NCBI GenBank assembly: GCA_903813345.2
Contig: CAIIXF020000001.1
Span: 32,674,001 to 32,738,000, forward strand
DNA length: 64,000 bases
Origin: Owenia fusiformis
Lineage: Eukaryota
Direction: 5' to 3'
The notes beneath the pieces are model-generated. The model was given only the letters and a program-made list of their open reading frames with translations, made no database searches and had not been told where the DNA came from. Shown here piece by piece: positions 61,114 to 64,000 of this stretch. The position numbers were made by a program, and so were the translations under genes. Position 1 is the stretch's first letter; the number at the start of each line of letters is the position of its first letter.

Positions 61114-63086
61114 GAGAGATTGTGGTACCCGTAAGCAATTCACTCACAAGGAATGGATTGGTTTCATGTAATATATTTGTTCTCTCATTAATATGCAACT
61201 GATCACCAGATGGCAGGTATTTAAATTAATCCAGTTGTTTCTTCCATTTTAACTTTTTAACAAGAACACAAACGTGTACAATATGTCCATACCAATGGGT
61301 GGTCCTAGAGTTTAGATTTTAGGTAAAAAGCAAAATGGTAACATCAGCCAGAATGCCCAAAAACCAATTTTCATACAAAGAAGCACCCCTGAAAAGTTGA
61401 ATTCGATCTTTCAAATGGTTCATCTGTAAACGTGTAGATAAGTCTTTGCACACACGATTCAGGATGGAGGATCCAAAATGATCACCTTATCATTTCCCCA
61501 GAATGCTTAAAATCATCCCTGAAAATTTCAAAGTTGACATGGCAAATTGATAGTTCAGCATGTATCCAACTTTCAGTGTGATAATTTGGATCACTAGTCG
61601 AATTATAAGCAAACAAGTGAATGTCTATGATCCCTGTATGTTCATGTGTAACTCAGTAACCATGAATACCAAATAATCAATTTGAGCATCACTAGATCAC
61701 AAAAAACTTCATTAAATCCAGCAGCAGAAAAAATACTTTTCTTCATGCTAACCACTGAACTATATTCATCATGTTCACAGTTCATGTACCGTGAATTTGA
61801 TATCAAGTGTGGTCATTTCCATAAACATTATGAAGCATGTAAAGGACAGGTGGCGGTAAACCCCTCTTTTAGCCCCCCTAAAAAACAAGTATATATGGAC
61901 ATGGAATTGAAGAGGAAGTATGACTTATTACTTAAAATGTGATTTCTGAGAATTTTGACATTTGACCTTGACATTTAAGGGTGGTTTAAAGGTCAACTTT
62001 GAGAGATGCTATTTTTGTCAAAATTTTGCCGTTTTCTAATACAAGAAATGAAAGCAATTGGCTTAATTTTGATTGTGACTGATAATAAGACATGTGAATG
62101 GAAATAAAAATATTTTTAATAAATTCTCACAGGCAATTACATGAAAATCTTGAGAATAAATCCCCATATGGGCATTTTTGGGGGACTTATATGATTTCCT
62201 GTTTCGAAAATGAATGTTCTTGTTGCTTTTGAGACTCCAACAGTTTCCTAATATAAGCATGTTTTAAGAGTTGGGATGTGATTATTATTTAAAATGCCCA
62301 TGGGCAATTAGGATAATATGGCTGCAATTAAATGCACACAAGGGCACTTCCATTGGATTTTTTTATTTCAATTGCTTCTCGCCAGTTTTCTAGACATGTT
62401 TGCCATATTCTAAATAGTTATAGGGTCACTTTTAATAAATGCCCATTGGCATTTGCATTGGAATTTGAAATGTCTGTATGAAGACTTAGTTTTAAAGTTA
62501 TTTGCCAATTTGCTGTTCCAATATTTGAATTTTAATATGTATCATAAAATATAAATGTATACACTCAGAGGATTGCCTTAAATAATTTTTACTTATTCCC
62601 AATTTAGAAAAACACTTAGGCCATTCAAAGATTTTTTATAATTAATGTCACTAAATTCTATGTTTTCAGAAAAAAACAAATGTTCCCATGTACTCTGTAC
62701 TTGTAATGCATATAAATGACAGAGGGAATTGTGATCTTGAAATATATTGTATTGAAAGAGTTACAAGATTGATTAAAAACTACATGTATATAAGCTTTTG
62801 TATTCTCTTCATTAACACGGTCATCTGAATCAAGAGGTGTTACTTGCTTTGCCACAATGTGTTATTGCATGGTTTTCACTATTAAATAATAGATAAAATC
62901 CTCTAAATAATTTTTTTTTATTTAATTTTAGACCCTTCATCAGAATGCCAACATATATTAATTCTAAATGGCCTAATCTGTACATGCAGTTATGTAGTGT
63001 ACATGTATGCCCAGGTTAGCAGCCATATTGAAAACATAAACCAGTCAGCCTTATTTTCATCACAAAAGTTAGGTTTTAGTGGTGAG

Positions 63087-63177
63087 CCCACACTCCCACA
63101 ACAGTGATATTTGCAGAGAAGCTACTTTACAGTCTCTGCATTATGCAGTTTCAATATCTTTTTTGTGGGAGTGTGGG
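63087..63177. repeat. ~90-bp hairpin
   Basis: CCCACACTCCCACAA / TTGTGGGAGTGTGGG outer stem with TGCAGAGA / TCTCTGCA inner stem. Confidence 0.7.
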
Positions 63178-63929
63178 TTGATGGTTAAATTTTCAACAAA
63201 AGGAAATGAGCACCGTGCTAAAACTTGATAACAAAGTGAACAAAAAATGACAATGTTTTCCAGATTTGCATTGGTAAACTTTATACATAGCTAGATTTTG
63301 TTAATGTTCCACTCCGAATGCGTGTATGCCATATGTTCCATATAATAAATTCTATGTAATGATAAGTTTTGATATTATTTTGATGGTAAACATAGTGTGT
63401 ACCCATATTCAGACAGCCTTGTGATAGGGGTTCTTACTGCCAATTTTTCAAAGAAACTGAAAACTAATGCCACTTTTTGAAATTGCAGATCTCAAGAAAA
63501 AAGGTTTATCTACAACTTGCAATTGGTTTTAAAAGTAAATGGAAGAATGAGTTTTTTGGAAAAAGTGTAAGTTGACCATTAGTCTGTTAAATGGACCTGT
63601 TCTTTGAGATTTTAGAGATGAAGTATGTAGATATATAAGCACTAGTGCCAAAGGGAAAGGACCAAAAGTTGTAATGGAACTTAGCAAAAAAAAGCAAAAT
63701 CTAAGTGCATACCAGTCAAGAAAAACAAACCCAATATATATAGCCCAAAACCATGATCTAACGTGAAAAGAAACAATGTCTAATACCCCCTTTCCCCCAC
63801 CATTCAAGAATCAATATCATTTCCTAAGTGACATCTATATTATTGAGTAGAGTGAATGTTTATTCTAAATAGGGAATTCGAAGTGGCAAGACGTACATTC
63901 AGCAGTGGTAAGCATATTTTGATTTACAT

Positions 63930-63974
63930 GCCCGAGCAAGGGGCGCCCGAGCAAGGGGCGCCCGAGCAAGGGGC
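63930..63974 (+). repeat. 15-bp tandem repeat (GCCCGAGCAAGGGGC)x3
   Basis: Direct reading. Confidence 0.9.
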
Positions 63975-64000
63975 TAAAAATAAAAGACTTTGAGGGCCTA

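Noticed and set aside
63570..63800. Coding-looking plus-strand stretch (RDEVCRYISTSAKGKGPKVV)
   Set aside because: Bounded by stops, with no clear splice sites or recognisable family. Insufficient support.
1..64000. tRNA, rRNA or snRNA genes
   Set aside because: None recognised by eye. A tRNAscan-SE or Infernal search would be needed to exclude them.

Overview
AT-rich eukaryotic (invertebrate-like) scaffold with three 500-N gaps, made up mostly of nested transposable elements; the prokaryote-style ORF track is largely spurious. Retroelements: a decayed 5'-truncated non-LTR element (esterase ORF1, APE-RT ORF2; 21.6-29.6 kb, +), a second one (46.7-52 kb, -) split by two DNA-transposon insertions, and the 3' half of an Ngaro-type tyrosine-recombinase retrotransposon (52.6-55 kb, -). 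DNA elements: an Academ-like element with very long modular TIRs (32.7-38.5 kb), an eroded hAT-group transposase (6.9-8.7 kb), and many MITEs whose ends and target sites suggest Kolobok, Transib, Chapaev3, Tc1/mariner, MULE, Harbinger, Spy and Helentron. The only host gene I can support is an intron-containing gene with a Lys-rich H1-like C-terminus (about 56.5-60 kb, +), whose middle lies in a gap. The most striking structure is a 19.9-kb block (21609-41522) bracketed by an 18-bp direct repeat that splits an older repeat. I found no convincing evidence of a wholly new biological system. Superfamily names are by motif and end recall, not database search.
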